DNA from: a virus
DNA: 64,000 nt
Virus record (IMG/VR): IMGVR_UViG_3300030085_002231
Coordinates: 1-64,000 of that record
Direction: 5' to 3' (one strand)
The notes under the pieces were generated by a model that ran no database searches, was not told the DNA's origin, and saw only the letters and a program-made list of their open reading frames with translations. The position numbers and the translations under genes were made by a program. The first letter of the stretch is position 1; every line of letters begins with the position of its first letter. Of this stretch, positions 28,810-38,620 are shown in pieces.

Positions 28810-29337
28810 ATGGCTGTTCTCGGTGTAGATGACTTTAAGTCAAAACTGAGAGGTGGCGGCGCACGTCCTAACCTCTTTCAAGTAACAATCAACTATCCAG
28901 GATTTGCTGACGGTGATCCGGAACTCACATCGTTCTTATGTGAGGCAGCAACTCTACCTGGGTCAACGTTTGGTATCATACCAGTGTTCTTCCGTGGAAG
29001 GATTCTAAAGATGGCCGGTGACCGTACATTCGCTGAATGGGGCACCACGATCATCAATGATACTGACTTTTCGATTCGTAACGCGATTGAAAGGTGGATG
29101 AACGGTATTAACGCACACTCTGCAAATACTGGTCTTACCGCACCAATCGCTTATGAAGCTGACTTGACAGTTGATCAGTTAGATCGTAACGGTGATAAAC
29201 TCAAAACATACACATTCCGAGGTGCATATCCTCAGGATCTTTCAGAGATTGCAGTGTCATACGCTGACAACGATAACATTGAAAGATTCACGTGTACTTG
29301 GGCATATCAGTACTTCGAGTCTAACACTACAAGCTAA
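28810..29337 (+). CDS. gp19: tail tube protein gp19
   Basis: GGGARPNLFQV, FRGRILKMAGDRTFAEW, NDTDF. Confidence 0.95.
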   Translation: MAVLGVDDFKSKLRGGGARPNLFQVTINYPGFADGDPELTSFLCEAATLPGSTFGIIPVFFRGRILKMAGDRTFAEWGTTIINDTDFSIRNAIERWMNGINAHSANTGLTAPIAYEADLTVDQLDRNGDKLKTYTFRGAYPQDLSEIAVSYADNDNIERFTCTWAYQYFESNTTS

Positions 29338-29346
29338 ATAAATAAA

Positions 29347-29370
29347 GGGAGCCGGCAACGGTTGGCTCCC
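29347..29370 (+). terminator. GC-rich hairpin after gp19 (terminator or stabiliser), preceded by late-promoter variant AATAAATA at 29337-29344
   Basis: GGGAGCCGGC-AACG-GTTGGCTCCC; weak U-tract on + strand. Confidence 0.55.
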
Positions 29371-29392
29371 TATCTCTAACTAAGGAATTGAA

Positions 29393-30919
29393 ATGGCTGA
29401 ATATTCTGGTGCAGGCACCGAAGGCATTAAATTATTTGGTTTTGAAATAAAGAAAGCCAAAAAGAAGGAAGAACAAAAAGCTCCTTCCATTGTTCCGCCG
29501 CGAGATGATGAAGGCGGTAGTTACGCTACTGCGTCTGGTTCACACTATGGCCAGTATCTCAATCTTGGTGATGACGACTCAAAAGATAACTATCAACTTA
29601 TTATGAAGTATCGTGGTAATGCGATGCACCCTGAAGTTGATATGGCGATTGAAGACATTGTTAACGAATCAATCACAGGTTCACAGCTTGAACAAACACT
29701 AGACATCAACTTAGAAGATGTTGATGCACCTGATAGAATTAAGAAAGTAATTAAAGAGGAGTTTGATACGATATATGGTATGCTTAACTTCAAAGAGTTA
29801 GGCCACGATATATTTCGTAGGTGGTACATCGACGGTAGAATGTTCCACCACTTGATTATTAACGAAGCTCAACCAAAAGAAGGTATCGTTGAGATTCGAC
29901 CTATTGACGCTGCCAAGATGCGCAAGGTTAAAAAAGTTAAAAAGAAAAAAGATCCAGCCACTGGCGCTAACGTTGTTGAAAATACAGAAGAGTTTTTTAT
30001 TTACCAAGAAAAACCAGGTTCATCTACCAGTGGCGTAAAAATGACCAGTGATTCTGTAAGCTATGTTACATCCGGATTGCTATCAGAAGATCGAAGAAAG
30101 ATTATATCATTTCTACATAAAGCATTGAAGCCAATTAACCAACTACGTATGATGGAAGACGCACTGGTGATTTATAGGTTAGCTCGTGCACCGGAGCGTA
30201 GAATATTCTATATTGACGTAGGTAACTTGCCTCGAGGCAAAGCTGAACAGTACCTTAAAGACATTATGGCAAAGTATAGAAATAAACTTGTATACGATGC
30301 TAAGACTGGCGACATCAGAGATGATCGTAAACACATGTCTTTACTCGAAGATTTTTGGTTGCCAAGACGTGAAGGTGGTACAGGTACCTCAATTGAAACA
30401 CTACCTGGTGGAGAAAACCTAGGCCAGATTGAAGACGTAATCTTCTTTCAAAAGAAAGTTTATAGGGCACTAAATGTTCCAATCAATAGGCTAGAACAAG
30501 AAGCACAGTTTAGCTTAGGTAGATCTACAGAAGTCAATAGAGACGAACTGAAGTTTCAAAAATTTATTGATAGACTAAGAATGAGGTTTGCACACCTGTT
30601 CTATGGGATATTGAAAAAGCAACTTATATTAAAAGGTATTATCACAGAAGAAGATTGGGAAAATTGGAAGAACGATATTACAGTTGACTACATTCGTGAT
30701 AATCACTTTACAGAATTACGTGATATGGAAGTATTGCGTGAAAGACTACAGACGATGGATATGGTACAACAGTATGTAGGTGAGTATTATTCTAAAGAGT
30801 GGATTCAGAAAAACGTTCTTATGTTATCTGATGAAGATGTAGAAAAAATGAACAAAGAAATACAGGGTGAGAATCCTGATGAACCAGAACAACCGGAAGG
30901 TGGAGATGATAATGAGTGA
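29393..30919 (+). CDS. gp20: portal protein gp20
   Basis: IFRRWYIDGR, YRLARAPERRIFYIDVGNLP, EDFWLPRREGG. Confidence 0.95.
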   Translation: MAEYSGAGTEGIKLFGFEIKKAKKKEEQKAPSIVPPRDDEGGSYATASGSHYGQYLNLGDDDSKDNYQLIMKYRGNAMHPEVDMAIEDIVNESITGSQLEQTLDINLEDVDAPDRIKKVIKEEFDTIYGMLNFKELGHDIFRRWYIDGRMFHHLIINEAQPKEGIVEIRPIDAAKMRKVKKVKKKKDPATGANVVENTEEFFIYQEKPGSSTSGVKMTSDSVSYVTSGLLSEDRRKIISFLHKALKPINQLRMMEDALVIYRLARAPERRIFYIDVGNLPRGKAEQYLKDIMAKYRNKLVYDAKTGDIRDDRKHMSLLEDFWLPRREGGTGTSIETLPGGENLGQIEDVIFFQKKVYRALNVPINRLEQEAQFSLGRSTEVNRDELKFQKFIDRLRMRFAHLFYGILKKQLILKGIITEEDWENWKNDITVDYIRDNHFTELRDMEVLRERLQTMDMVQQYVGEYYSKEWIQKNVLMLSDEDVEKMNKEIQGENPDEPEQPEGGDDNE

Positions 30920-31301
30920 AGAAGCAGTAGCGGAACCTGAAGTAATTGAACCAAGCTTTGAAGTAAAAGACTTGATTCAACACGCTTTGGATCAAGACTA
31001 TAACAAAGCTAATAAAGTATTTGGCGACATGATGGGTGTTAGAATCGGTGATGCACTTGATCAGGAAAAAATTAAATTGGCAGATCAAATCTTTAATGAT
31101 GTAGAACCAGAGGAAGACGATGAAGAAGACGAGGATTATACCCAAGGCGAACTTGACCTTGAAGGAGAAGGCGAGTCTGAATCGGAAGAATCGGGAGATG
31201 AGGAAGAGTATGAAGACGAAGATGAGGAAGAGGACGTAGCTGACGAAGAAGAAGGTGATGTCTATGCCGATGATATTGAAGATGAAGTTCACGAACAGTA
31301 A
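30912..31301 (+). CDS. acidic prohead core protein (gp67-like position)
   Basis: Very Glu/Asp-rich; between gp20 and gp21; ATG at 30912 after GGAG. Confidence 0.6.
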   Translation: MSEEAVAEPEVIEPSFEVKDLIQHALDQDYNKANKVFGDMMGVRIGDALDQEKIKLADQIFNDVEPEEDDEEDEDYTQGELDLEGEGESESEESGDEEEYEDEDEEEDVADEEEGDVYADDIEDEVHEQ

Positions 31302-31329
31302 AAAAATTTCAATTTAAGAAATAAATTTT

Positions 31330-31337
31330 TATAAATA
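31330..31337 (+). promoter_or_regulatory. T4-type late promoter TATAAATA
   Basis: Exact consensus, intergenic. Confidence 0.7.
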
Positions 31338-31347
31338 ATATGGTAAA

Positions 31348-31560
31348 ATGAAAACTTTTACAAATATAAGAGAATTAACTGGACGTAAGCCTGAAGGACA
31401 ATTAGTTGTCAATAAAAAATTAGGCAGAGTTCAGATAATGGTATACAAAGAACGTAACGGTTTTGTCACATACGTAGATGGTGACAGATTAGATCGTTAT
31501 AGAAGTAAAAACGAAGCTGAAAAGGCTGGAACTGCATTTATTAAGGCGCTAAAGAAATGA
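31348..31560 (+). CDS. small prohead-region protein
   Basis: 70 aa, overlaps the gp21 start. Confidence 0.6.
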   Translation: MKTFTNIRELTGRKPEGQLVVNKKLGRVQIMVYKERNGFVTYVDGDRLDRYRSKNEAEKAGTAFIKALKK

Positions 31561-32213
31561 AACTTATTTCTGAATATACTGAAAATAATCTCGAAGTTAT
31601 TATCGAAGCCAATGAAAATGGCAAGAAAAAATATATTATTGAAGGTGTATTCGCGCAAGCAGAAACAAAGAATCGTAACGGTCGTATATATCCAATGCCA
31701 GTTATGGAGAAAGCTGTTGGCAAGTATGTCGGCGATCAAGTATCCAAAGGGCGTGCAGTAGGTGAATTGAATCACCCTGAAGGACCGACCGTTAACTTAG
31801 ACAAAGTTTCTCACAAGATCGAAAGCCTCGATATAAAAGGCAAAGATGTTGTGGGTAGGGCGACTATTTTGGAAACTCCCATGGGGCAAATTGTAAAAGG
31901 TTTACTCGATGGTCAGGTACAATTAGGCGTCTCGACTCGTGGTATGGGAAGTCTGCAGAACAATGGTACCGCTATGGTTGTAAAACCAGACTTTATTCTT
32001 AACGCGGTGGACATCGTGCAAGACCCATCAGCCCCTAGCGCATTTGTTAATGGAGTTATGGAGGGTGTTGAATGGGTTTGGAATAACGGAATCATTGAAC
32101 CACAGGCTATTGAAATGATGGAGACTGAAATCAAGAAAGCTCCAAGAGCTGATCTCTATGAGACTCAGGTTCGTGAGTTTAAGAATTTCCTCTCGTTACT
32201 CAAATCTAAATGA
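31557..32213 (+). CDS. gp21: prohead protease gp21
   Basis: IEGVFAQAE.KNRNGRIYP, GELNHP, GVSTRGMGS, DIVQDPSAP.AFV. Confidence 0.95.
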   Translation: MKLISEYTENNLEVIIEANENGKKKYIIEGVFAQAETKNRNGRIYPMPVMEKAVGKYVGDQVSKGRAVGELNHPEGPTVNLDKVSHKIESLDIKGKDVVGRATILETPMGQIVKGLLDGQVQLGVSTRGMGSLQNNGTAMVVKPDFILNAVDIVQDPSAPSAFVNGVMEGVEWVWNNGIIEPQAIEMMETEIKKAPRADLYETQVREFKNFLSLLKSK

Positions 32214-32229
32214 CAAAGGAGTCAATTAA

Positions 32230-33333
32230 ATGACTGAAGATCAAAACATTGAAGATCAGGACATTGAACTCCTCGATGATGAGAACGAAGACATCGAGGA
32301 AGCAATGGGTCACGATCCTAAAAATGCTGAGGCTCAATCAGTCGCTTCTGTAGACAAAGCAGGTGATGCAACAGGTAGTGCACCAAAGCGTAAAATGGCA
32401 GGCGGAACTGCTGCTGACGCGAGTAATGCAGAACCTATGCCCAAGCTTACTAAGATGGGCATGATCAATGCTATGTACAAAGAAATGAAAAAGATGGATA
32501 AGAAAAAGCTAACTGCTGCTTATGGCGGAATGCAAAAAATCACCGGCATGAAGCAACACATGAATAGTACTTCCGAAGAAGATTTCGAAGGACAGCCTAT
32601 TCTTGATGATTACAAAGTAGATTTTTCTGCAGACATCAATGCTCTTTGCGAATCAGAAGCAACACTATCTGAAGAGTTCAAGCAAAAAGTGGAGACAATC
32701 TTTGAAGCAGCAATTAAGTCTAAGCTGACAGAAGAGATTGACCGACTTGAGGAAAAATACAACGAAGAGTTATCAGAAGCAGTTGAAGAAACTAAAGCTG
32801 ATATCGTTGAAAAAGTCGATTCATATCTTAACTACGTAGTTGAGAGCTGGATGGAAGAAAATAAAGTAGCTGTACAGGCAGGTCTACGTACAGAGATCTC
32901 TGAGAACTTTATGAATAAGTTGAAAGACTTGTTCGAAGAGTCTTATATCGAAGTACCAGAAGGCAAAGTCGATCTTGTGGACGACTTGGCTGGTCAAGTT
33001 GAGGAACTCGAAGAGGCCCTTAACGAGTCCACTGCTGAGAATATTGAGATGACAGAAATGTTAGAAAACTTTGCACGTGACGAAGTCATTCGCGAAGCTT
33101 CAACAGGACTTGCAGAAACTCAATTCGAAAAGCTAAAGAGTTTGGTAGCTGAAGTAGACTTCGAAGACTACGATACTTTTGCACAAAAAGTAGAGACTGT
33201 CAAAGAATCATACTTTACCAAGAAAACAACTGATGCCGCTGATATCGAAGAAGATACTGAAGGTGATGCACCTGAAGTAGCTTCTGACACAATGGCTCAG
33301 TACCTTTCCGCAATCAAGAAAACTAACAAATAA
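32230..33333 (+). CDS. gp22: prohead scaffold protein gp22
   Basis: LSEEFKQK..TIFEAA, VDSYLNYVVESW, LKDLFEESYIEVP. Confidence 0.9.
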   Translation: MTEDQNIEDQDIELLDDENEDIEEAMGHDPKNAEAQSVASVDKAGDATGSAPKRKMAGGTAADASNAEPMPKLTKMGMINAMYKEMKKMDKKKLTAAYGGMQKITGMKQHMNSTSEEDFEGQPILDDYKVDFSADINALCESEATLSEEFKQKVETIFEAAIKSKLTEEIDRLEEKYNEELSEAVEETKADIVEKVDSYLNYVVESWMEENKVAVQAGLRTEISENFMNKLKDLFEESYIEVPEGKVDLVDDLAGQVEELEEALNESTAENIEMTEMLENFARDEVIREASTGLAETQFEKLKSLVAEVDFEDYDTFAQKVETVKESYFTKKTTDAADIEEDTEGDAPEVASDTMAQYLSAIKKTNK

Positions 33334-33347
33334 TTGGGAGTCCAATA

Positions 33348-34678
33348 ATGCAAGACGTAATTTCTTACGACAAGTTGATGGAAAAATGGGCACCGGTACT
33401 GAACGAAGAGTCAGCGGGAGCCATTACCGACAACCACAGGAAAGCAGTTACAGCTGCTATTCTTGAGAACCAAGAGCGGGCATTACGTGAAGAGCAAACT
33501 ATGCTCAATGAAATGCCTACTAATAACACATCACAAGTAGCAAACTGGAACCCAGTTCTGATTGCTCTTGTACGTCGTGCTATGCCTAACCTCATGGCAT
33601 ACGACATTTGCGGTGTTCAGCCAATGTCTGGTCCAACAGGCCTTATCTTTACGATGAAGCACTATTTAACGAAGCAGTGCCAGGATTCTCCGGTGATTCA
33701 TCATCCGGTCCAGTTGCTGGTACAACTCAAAATCGTCTAGACGGTGTAACTGCTGGCCCATCAGGCTTGTCAGGAATCGTTGACTCAGACGCCGACTCTA
33801 CAATTGATGATACTCGTATCGATCCGGCAAACGGAACAACAGGTTTCGCCATGCCATTGTCCGACGGTGAAAACCTCGGTACAACTGGTGATTCACCATT
33901 TGCAGAAATGGGCTTTACCATCGAGAAATCAACTGTTAGTGCTCGGACACGTGCACTGAAGGCAGAATACAGCCTCGAACTTGCTCAGGATCTGAAAGCC
34001 ATTCATGGCCTGGATGCTGAGACTGAGTTGGCAAACATCTTGTCAACTGAGATCATGGCTGAAATCAACCGTGAAGTTGTTCGTACAATTAACTCACAAG
34101 CTAAGACTGGTGCTCTGCAAACTAACACTGCACTAAACGGTGTCTTCAACGTCCAAACAGACGCAGACGGCCGTTGGTCAGTCGAGAAGTTTAAAGGTCT
34201 GATCGTACAGATTGAGCGTGAGTGTAACGTAATCGCAAAAGAAACACGTCGGGGTAAAGGTAACTTCATCATCTGTTCATCAGATGTTGCATCTTCCTTG
34301 TCAGCCTCTGGCATGCTCGATTACACACCTGCAATGTCAACAAACTTGAATGTTGACGATACAGGAAACACCTTTGCTGGTGTCCTTAACGGTCGCACAC
34401 GGGTCTACATCGATCCGTATGCTGTAGCTGACTATATCACAGTCGGTTATAAGGGTACTAACCCATATGACGCAGGTCTCTTCTATTGCCCATACGTACC
34501 ACTAACAATGGTTCGTGCAGTGGGTGAGGATACCTTCCAGCCGAAGATTGGATTTAAGACTCGCTATGGCTTGGCTTCAAACCCATTCGTTGGATCATCT
34601 CCAGCAGACGGCTTGGCTGCGATCAAGACCAACCAATACTATCGTATCTTCCGCGTAGACGATATTCTTGGATCATAA
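33348..34678 (+). CDS. gp23: major capsid protein gp23, broken by a frameshift/short deletion at about 33650
   Basis: Frame 1: KWAPVL...LVRRAMPNLMAYDICGVQPMSGPTGLIF; frame -1: EALFNEA...EMGFTIEK...RALKAEYSLELAQDLKAIHGLDAETELANILSTEI...FQPKIGFKTRYG. Confidence 0.9.
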
Positions 34679-34700
34679 TAAAAAATAACGTGGTTAGACT

Positions 34701-34727
34701 AGAGGGGCCTTCGGGTCCCTCTTTTTT
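34701..34727 (+). terminator. intrinsic terminator with UUCG tetraloop after gp23
   Basis: AGAGGGGCC-TTCG-GGTCCCTCT followed by a T-run. Confidence 0.9.
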
Positions 34728-34738
34728 ATCTAAACTTG

Positions 34739-34746
34739 TATAAATA
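34739..34746 (+). promoter_or_regulatory. T4-type late promoter TATAAATA (leaderless geometry for gp3)
   Basis: Exact consensus; 5-nt gap to the ATG at 34752. Confidence 0.75.
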
Positions 34747-34751
34747 GATGT

Positions 34752-35252
34752 ATGGCGGAACTTACAGAAAATTTTAATTACCTACAACCGACTAGTTTTA
34801 AGTTAGTTATAGATCGACGTAACTATCCTAACCTTGAGTTTTTCTGTCAGAACGTTACGCATCCGGGTATGATAATGAATCCTGTTGAGTTGCCTGTTCG
34901 TAGATTAGCTGGTTTGCCGTTTCCTGGCGATACACTTACATTTAATGAATTATCGACTAATATTCTTTTAGATGAAAATATGAATGCATATACGGAAATG
35001 TTCAATTGGATTCGTAGATTACTTGAAAACAATATGTTTGATAATAACGCCAGTGGAAAAGCTACGCAACCTAACTACGCAGATATTACGTTATCAATAC
35101 TTTCAAGTCACAATAATCAAACGAAGCAAGTAAGATATATAGATTGTGTACCTACATCGCTAGGTGATATAAACTTTGAATCTACGGCTAGTGGTCAAGA
35201 GTTTATCACGTTTGCTGCATCGTTTCGATTCAACTATTTTGAGTTAGTGTAA
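34752..35252 (+). CDS. gp3: tail tube terminator / completion protein gp3
   Basis: NYLQPTSFKL, FFCQNV..PG, PGDTLTF..L....LLDENM..Y.EMFNW. Confidence 0.85.
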   Translation: MAELTENFNYLQPTSFKLVIDRRNYPNLEFFCQNVTHPGMIMNPVELPVRRLAGLPFPGDTLTFNELSTNILLDENMNAYTEMFNWIRRLLENNMFDNNASGKATQPNYADITLSILSSHNNQTKQVRYIDCVPTSLGDINFESTASGQEFITFAASFRFNYFELV

Positions 35253-35539
35253 TGGCAGAATCAAAATCAAGAAATATTAATAAATCTTTTAGTCCGACTG
35301 GCGGCATTGAAGCGACAGCTGTTGTGACTACTACCGGTACTCCGGCATTGCCTTCTACAGGTGCAGCCTTAGATTCTGGATCAGTACAGGGACTTAAACA
35401 CGATATATTTAGAATCAATTCACAAAGATTAAGACAAGACTTTACGATACATGATTCTGACAACGCCAGTACAGTCGGCCCTATCACAGTAGATAGTGGT
35501 GTAACATTAACTATTAACGGGAACTATGTAGTGCTATGA
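35252..35539 (+). CDS. small virion protein
   Basis: IFRINSQ...NASTVGPITVDSGVTLTING motif typical of phage fibre-associated proteins. Confidence 0.6.
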   Translation: MAESKSRNINKSFSPTGGIEATAVVTTTGTPALPSTGAALDSGSVQGLKHDIFRINSQRLRQDFTIHDSDNASTVGPITVDSGVTLTINGNYVVL

Positions 35540-35943
35540 GTACATTAGAGGTAGATAAGATACAAGGTGTGGCTACTGCTGGTTCACTTAACATAACTGG
35601 TGAAGGTAACAGCACTACAACTAATCTTCAACAAGGATTGTCAAAACAGTGGTCTAATAATACTATTAGCACTAATACGCATACTATACAAGATAGTTTT
35701 AACACATCTTCATTAACCGATGACGGAGCAGGTAGAACCGACATGGTCTTTACAAATAATATGAATGCTGTAAGATATTCGATAACTAGTACATGCTCTC
35801 TTAACGGCGGTCATTTGTATTCGCATCTAGGAAATAATACTTTACAAGCTACAAACCATTATAGAATAAACACAGCAGATTATTCCGGAACTGTTTTAGA
35901 TTACGATTGTATGTGCAATAATGTATGTGGAGACCTCGCATGA
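35536..35943 (+). CDS. small virion protein, tandem paralogue A
   Basis: GLSKQW...DSFNTSSLTDDGAGRT...FTNNM. Confidence 0.65.
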   Translation: MSTLEVDKIQGVATAGSLNITGEGNSTTTNLQQGLSKQWSNNTISTNTHTIQDSFNTSSLTDDGAGRTDMVFTNNMNAVRYSITSTCSLNGGHLYSHLGNNTLQATNHYRINTADYSGTVLDYDCMCNNVCGDLA

Positions 35944-36320
35944 CAAGTACGATAAGAACAACAAATGTAGGTCCTGCGCCAACAGGTACAACTACTAATT
36001 TAATAAATGGATTGGCGAAGGCTTGGATAAATTTGAGTGGTGATAGCACTATTTCTACACGAGATAGTTTTAATATATCTGGCACAACTGACCATGATAC
36101 AGGAGAATATATTTTTGCTTGGACTAACGCTATGTCAAACATAAATTACGTTTCTTCTGGAATGGCAGGGCAAAACCATACCGCTTTATTAAATATAAGT
36201 CAGCCAGAGAATGAACATGCGCCTACAACAGCAAACTGTCAGTATAATGTTGCTTATGCAAATTCTAGTAATTTTGACGGAACATATGTTGGTGTAAGCA
36301 TTTACGGAGACTTAGCATGA
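35940..36320 (+). CDS. small virion protein, tandem paralogue B
   Basis: GLAKAW...DSFNISGTTDHDTGEY...TNAM; ATG at 35940 overlaps the previous stop. Confidence 0.65.
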   Translation: MTSTIRTTNVGPAPTGTTTNLINGLAKAWINLSGDSTISTRDSFNISGTTDHDTGEYIFAWTNAMSNINYVSSGMAGQNHTALLNISQPENEHAPTTANCQYNVAYANSSNFDGTYVGVSIYGDLA

Positions 36321-36661
36321 GTGAGATAAGAGTTAACACACTAAAGGATAAGTCTGGTAGAGAAGCTGCTACCTTAAAGGCGTTTTGCCAACTAGATCAA
36401 GGAACTACATTAAATGAAAGTTTAAACGTTAGTGGAATAGTAGACAATGGAGTTGGGAGATATGAAGCAACTTTGTCTAACGCTTTTACCAATGCAAACT
36501 ACGCTTTAAATGTTTCTGCTGGTGCTACATCCGGGAATTGCTCTGTAGATGATTCTCATTACGAAGCAGGAGTAATGTGTGTGAGACTTTATAGAACAGA
36601 CACTTCTGCATACATGGAATCAGATCATTGTGTAATGCAAGCAGCAGGAACTCTAGCATAA
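36317..36661 (+). CDS. small virion protein, tandem paralogue C
   Basis: KAFC...ESLNVSGIVDNGVGRY...SNAF.NANY. Confidence 0.65.
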   Translation: MSEIRVNTLKDKSGREAATLKAFCQLDQGTTLNESLNVSGIVDNGVGRYEATLSNAFTNANYALNVSAGATSGNCSVDDSHYEAGVMCVRLYRTDTSAYMESDHCVMQAAGTLA

Positions 36662-36666
36662 TTTAG

Positions 36667-36695
36667 TTTACTTTTGTAAATAACTGTGGTATAAT
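36667..36695 (+). promoter_or_regulatory. early sigma70-type promoter TTTACT-N17-TATAAT
   Basis: Matches the recurring phage promoter motif; 6 nt to the uvsY ATG. Confidence 0.8.
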
Positions 36696-36701
36696 TATAG
36701 T

Positions 36702-37148
36702 ATGATTGATTTGAAAACTATACACGAAATGTGGTCAAAAGACTGTGAAATAAACTCAAACGAACTCGACAAGTCTTCGCGTGACCAGCCAATCTTACAT
36801 GCCAAATACCTAGAACTCTTATCAACTTACAAGTTACAGTTGAAGCGTGCTGAGTTTGCACAGAAACAATTGTTAAAAGATAAGTGGCTTTGGTACAACG
36901 GTAAGATGTCACACGAAGAAATAGTTGAAAAAGGTTGGGACCCGGATCCTTTCAATGGGCTAAAAGTATTGAAAGGCGAGATGGAATATTATTATGATGC
37001 TGACCCTGAAATCCAAAAGTCTGAAGAAAAGATTCAGTACTTTAAGACAGTTATAGATACATTAACAGAGATTGTAAACAATATTAACTGGCGACATCAG
37101 ACAATATCAAATATTATAAAATGGAAACAATTCGAGTCCGGAAACTAA
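36702..37148 (+). CDS. uvsY: recombination mediator UvsY
   Basis: W..DC.I...ELD..S...P.LHAKYL, YYDADPEI, I.WR...I.NII.W..F. Confidence 0.85.
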   Translation: MIDLKTIHEMWSKDCEINSNELDKSSRDQPILHAKYLELLSTYKLQLKRAEFAQKQLLKDKWLWYNGKMSHEEIVEKGWDPDPFNGLKVLKGEMEYYYDADPEIQKSEEKIQYFKTVIDTLTEIVNNINWRHQTISNIIKWKQFESGN

Positions 37149-38620
37149 ATCATGCAAACCTGCACATAACGTGCGAAAGTGGCACAGCTCAAGAGCTCAA
37201 TGAGTTTTTTAGTTTCTATGTGCCCGGATATAAATTCATGCCCGCGTATAGAAATCGTATGTGGGATGGAAAGATTCGTTTATTCACTGTAATGTCTGGT
37301 GAACTACCGGCCGGTCTATACGAGCATCTTCTACAGTTTGCTGAACAACGTGCTTATGAGATAGAAGTAGATGATTCTAAGTATGGTAAACCTGATGACT
37401 ATAATAAGGTCGATGTAAAAGATCTCTATGAATATATTAAAGGACTAGAACTACCGTTTGATATACGTGATTACCAATTTGATGCAGTTTCTACGGGAAT
37501 CCATAGAAAAAGAGGCATACTCTTATCACCAACAGGATCTGGTAAATCTCTTATCATATACGCTTTAGTGCGTTATTGGTTAGAAAGGCTTACCACAGGG
37601 TATCGCTATCCACACAGCGGTAGGGCTTTAATCATCGTACCTACCACTTCACTCGTAGAACAAATGTATACGGACTTTATAAAGTATGGTTGTGGTGAGC
37701 GAGCCATGCATAGAATATATTCCGGTAAAGATAAGAAGTTTGAATCAGCAATATGTATTAGCACATGGCAATCAATATACAAACTACCGCGTGACTGGTA
37801 CTCACAGTTTGGCATGGTAATAGGTGATGAGTGTCATGGTTTTAAATCAAAATCATTAATGTCAATTATGAACAAGGCCAGTGAAGCTGAATATAGGTTT
37901 GGCACGACTGGTACACTCGACGGGGCCCAAACACATGAACTCGTACTCCAAGGTCTATTCGGTAAGATATACCGCGTTACCACAACGAAAACTTTACAAG
38001 ATAACAATACTCTCGCCAGCCTTGCCATTAAACGAATCGTACTTAAGTACTCAGAAAAGATACGTAAGGAGTTTGGTAAACAACCATATCCGGATGAAAT
38101 CGACTTCATTGTATCCAATGTCAAAAGAAATAAATTCATACGAAATCTGGCCTTAGATCTAAAAGGTAATACACTAATACTTTATAACTATGTTGAGAAA
38201 CATGGTAAGCCACTTTACGATTTGATAGATAATAAAGTAGATGAGAATAGAAAAGTATTTTTTGTATCAGGCGAAACAGCTACCAATGATAGAGAAGCAA
38301 TACGTGGTATTGTTGAAAAACAAAAAGACGCCATTATAGTAGCATCACTTGGTACCTTCTCAACAGGTATAAATATTAGGAACCTTCATAATATTGTTTT
38401 TGCTTCACCGAGTAAGTCACAGATAAGAGTGTTGCAAAGTATTGGTAGAGGTTTACGTAAAACAGAAGATGGAAAAGCTACTACACTATATGATATATCT
38501 GATGATATAAGTTGGAAAACGCGTAAAAATTATTCTTTACTGCATTCGTTTGAAAGATTAAAGATATATCAGAAAGAACAGTTTGAGTATAAAACCATAC
38601 AACTGGAGTTAAAACCATGA
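37121..38620 (+). CDS. uvsW: DNA helicase UvsW
   Basis: WDGKIRLF, SPTGSGKS, IVPTTSLVEQM, DECH, QSIGRGLR. Confidence 0.95.
   Translation: METIRVRKLNHANLHITCESGTAQELNEFFSFYVPGYKFMPAYRNRMWDGKIRLFTVMSGELPAGLYEHLLQFAEQRAYEIEVDDSKYGKPDDYNKVDVKDLYEYIKGLELPFDIRDYQFDAVSTGIHRKRGILLSPTGSGKSLIIYALVRYWLERLTTGYRYPHSGRALIIVPTTSLVEQMYTDFIKYGCGERAMHRIYSGKDKKFESAICISTWQSIYKLPRDWYSQFGMVIGDECHGFKSKSLMSIMNKASEAEYRFGTTGTLDGAQTHELVLQGLFGKIYRVTTTKTLQDNNTLASLAIKRIVLKYSEKIRKEFGKQPYPDEIDFIVSNVKRNKFIRNLALDLKGNTLILYNYVEKHGKPLYDLIDNKVDENRKVFFVSGETATNDREAIRGIVEKQKDAIIVASLGTFSTGINIRNLHNIVFASPSKSQIRVLQSIGRGLRKTEDGKATTLYDISDDISWKTRKNYSLLHSFERLKIYQKEQFEYKTIQLELKP

Noticed and set aside
33348-34678. Programmed frameshift or intron in gp23
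   Set aside because: Sequence is missing rather than inserted, there is no canonical slippery heptamer, and the shifted product would lack a conserved strand.
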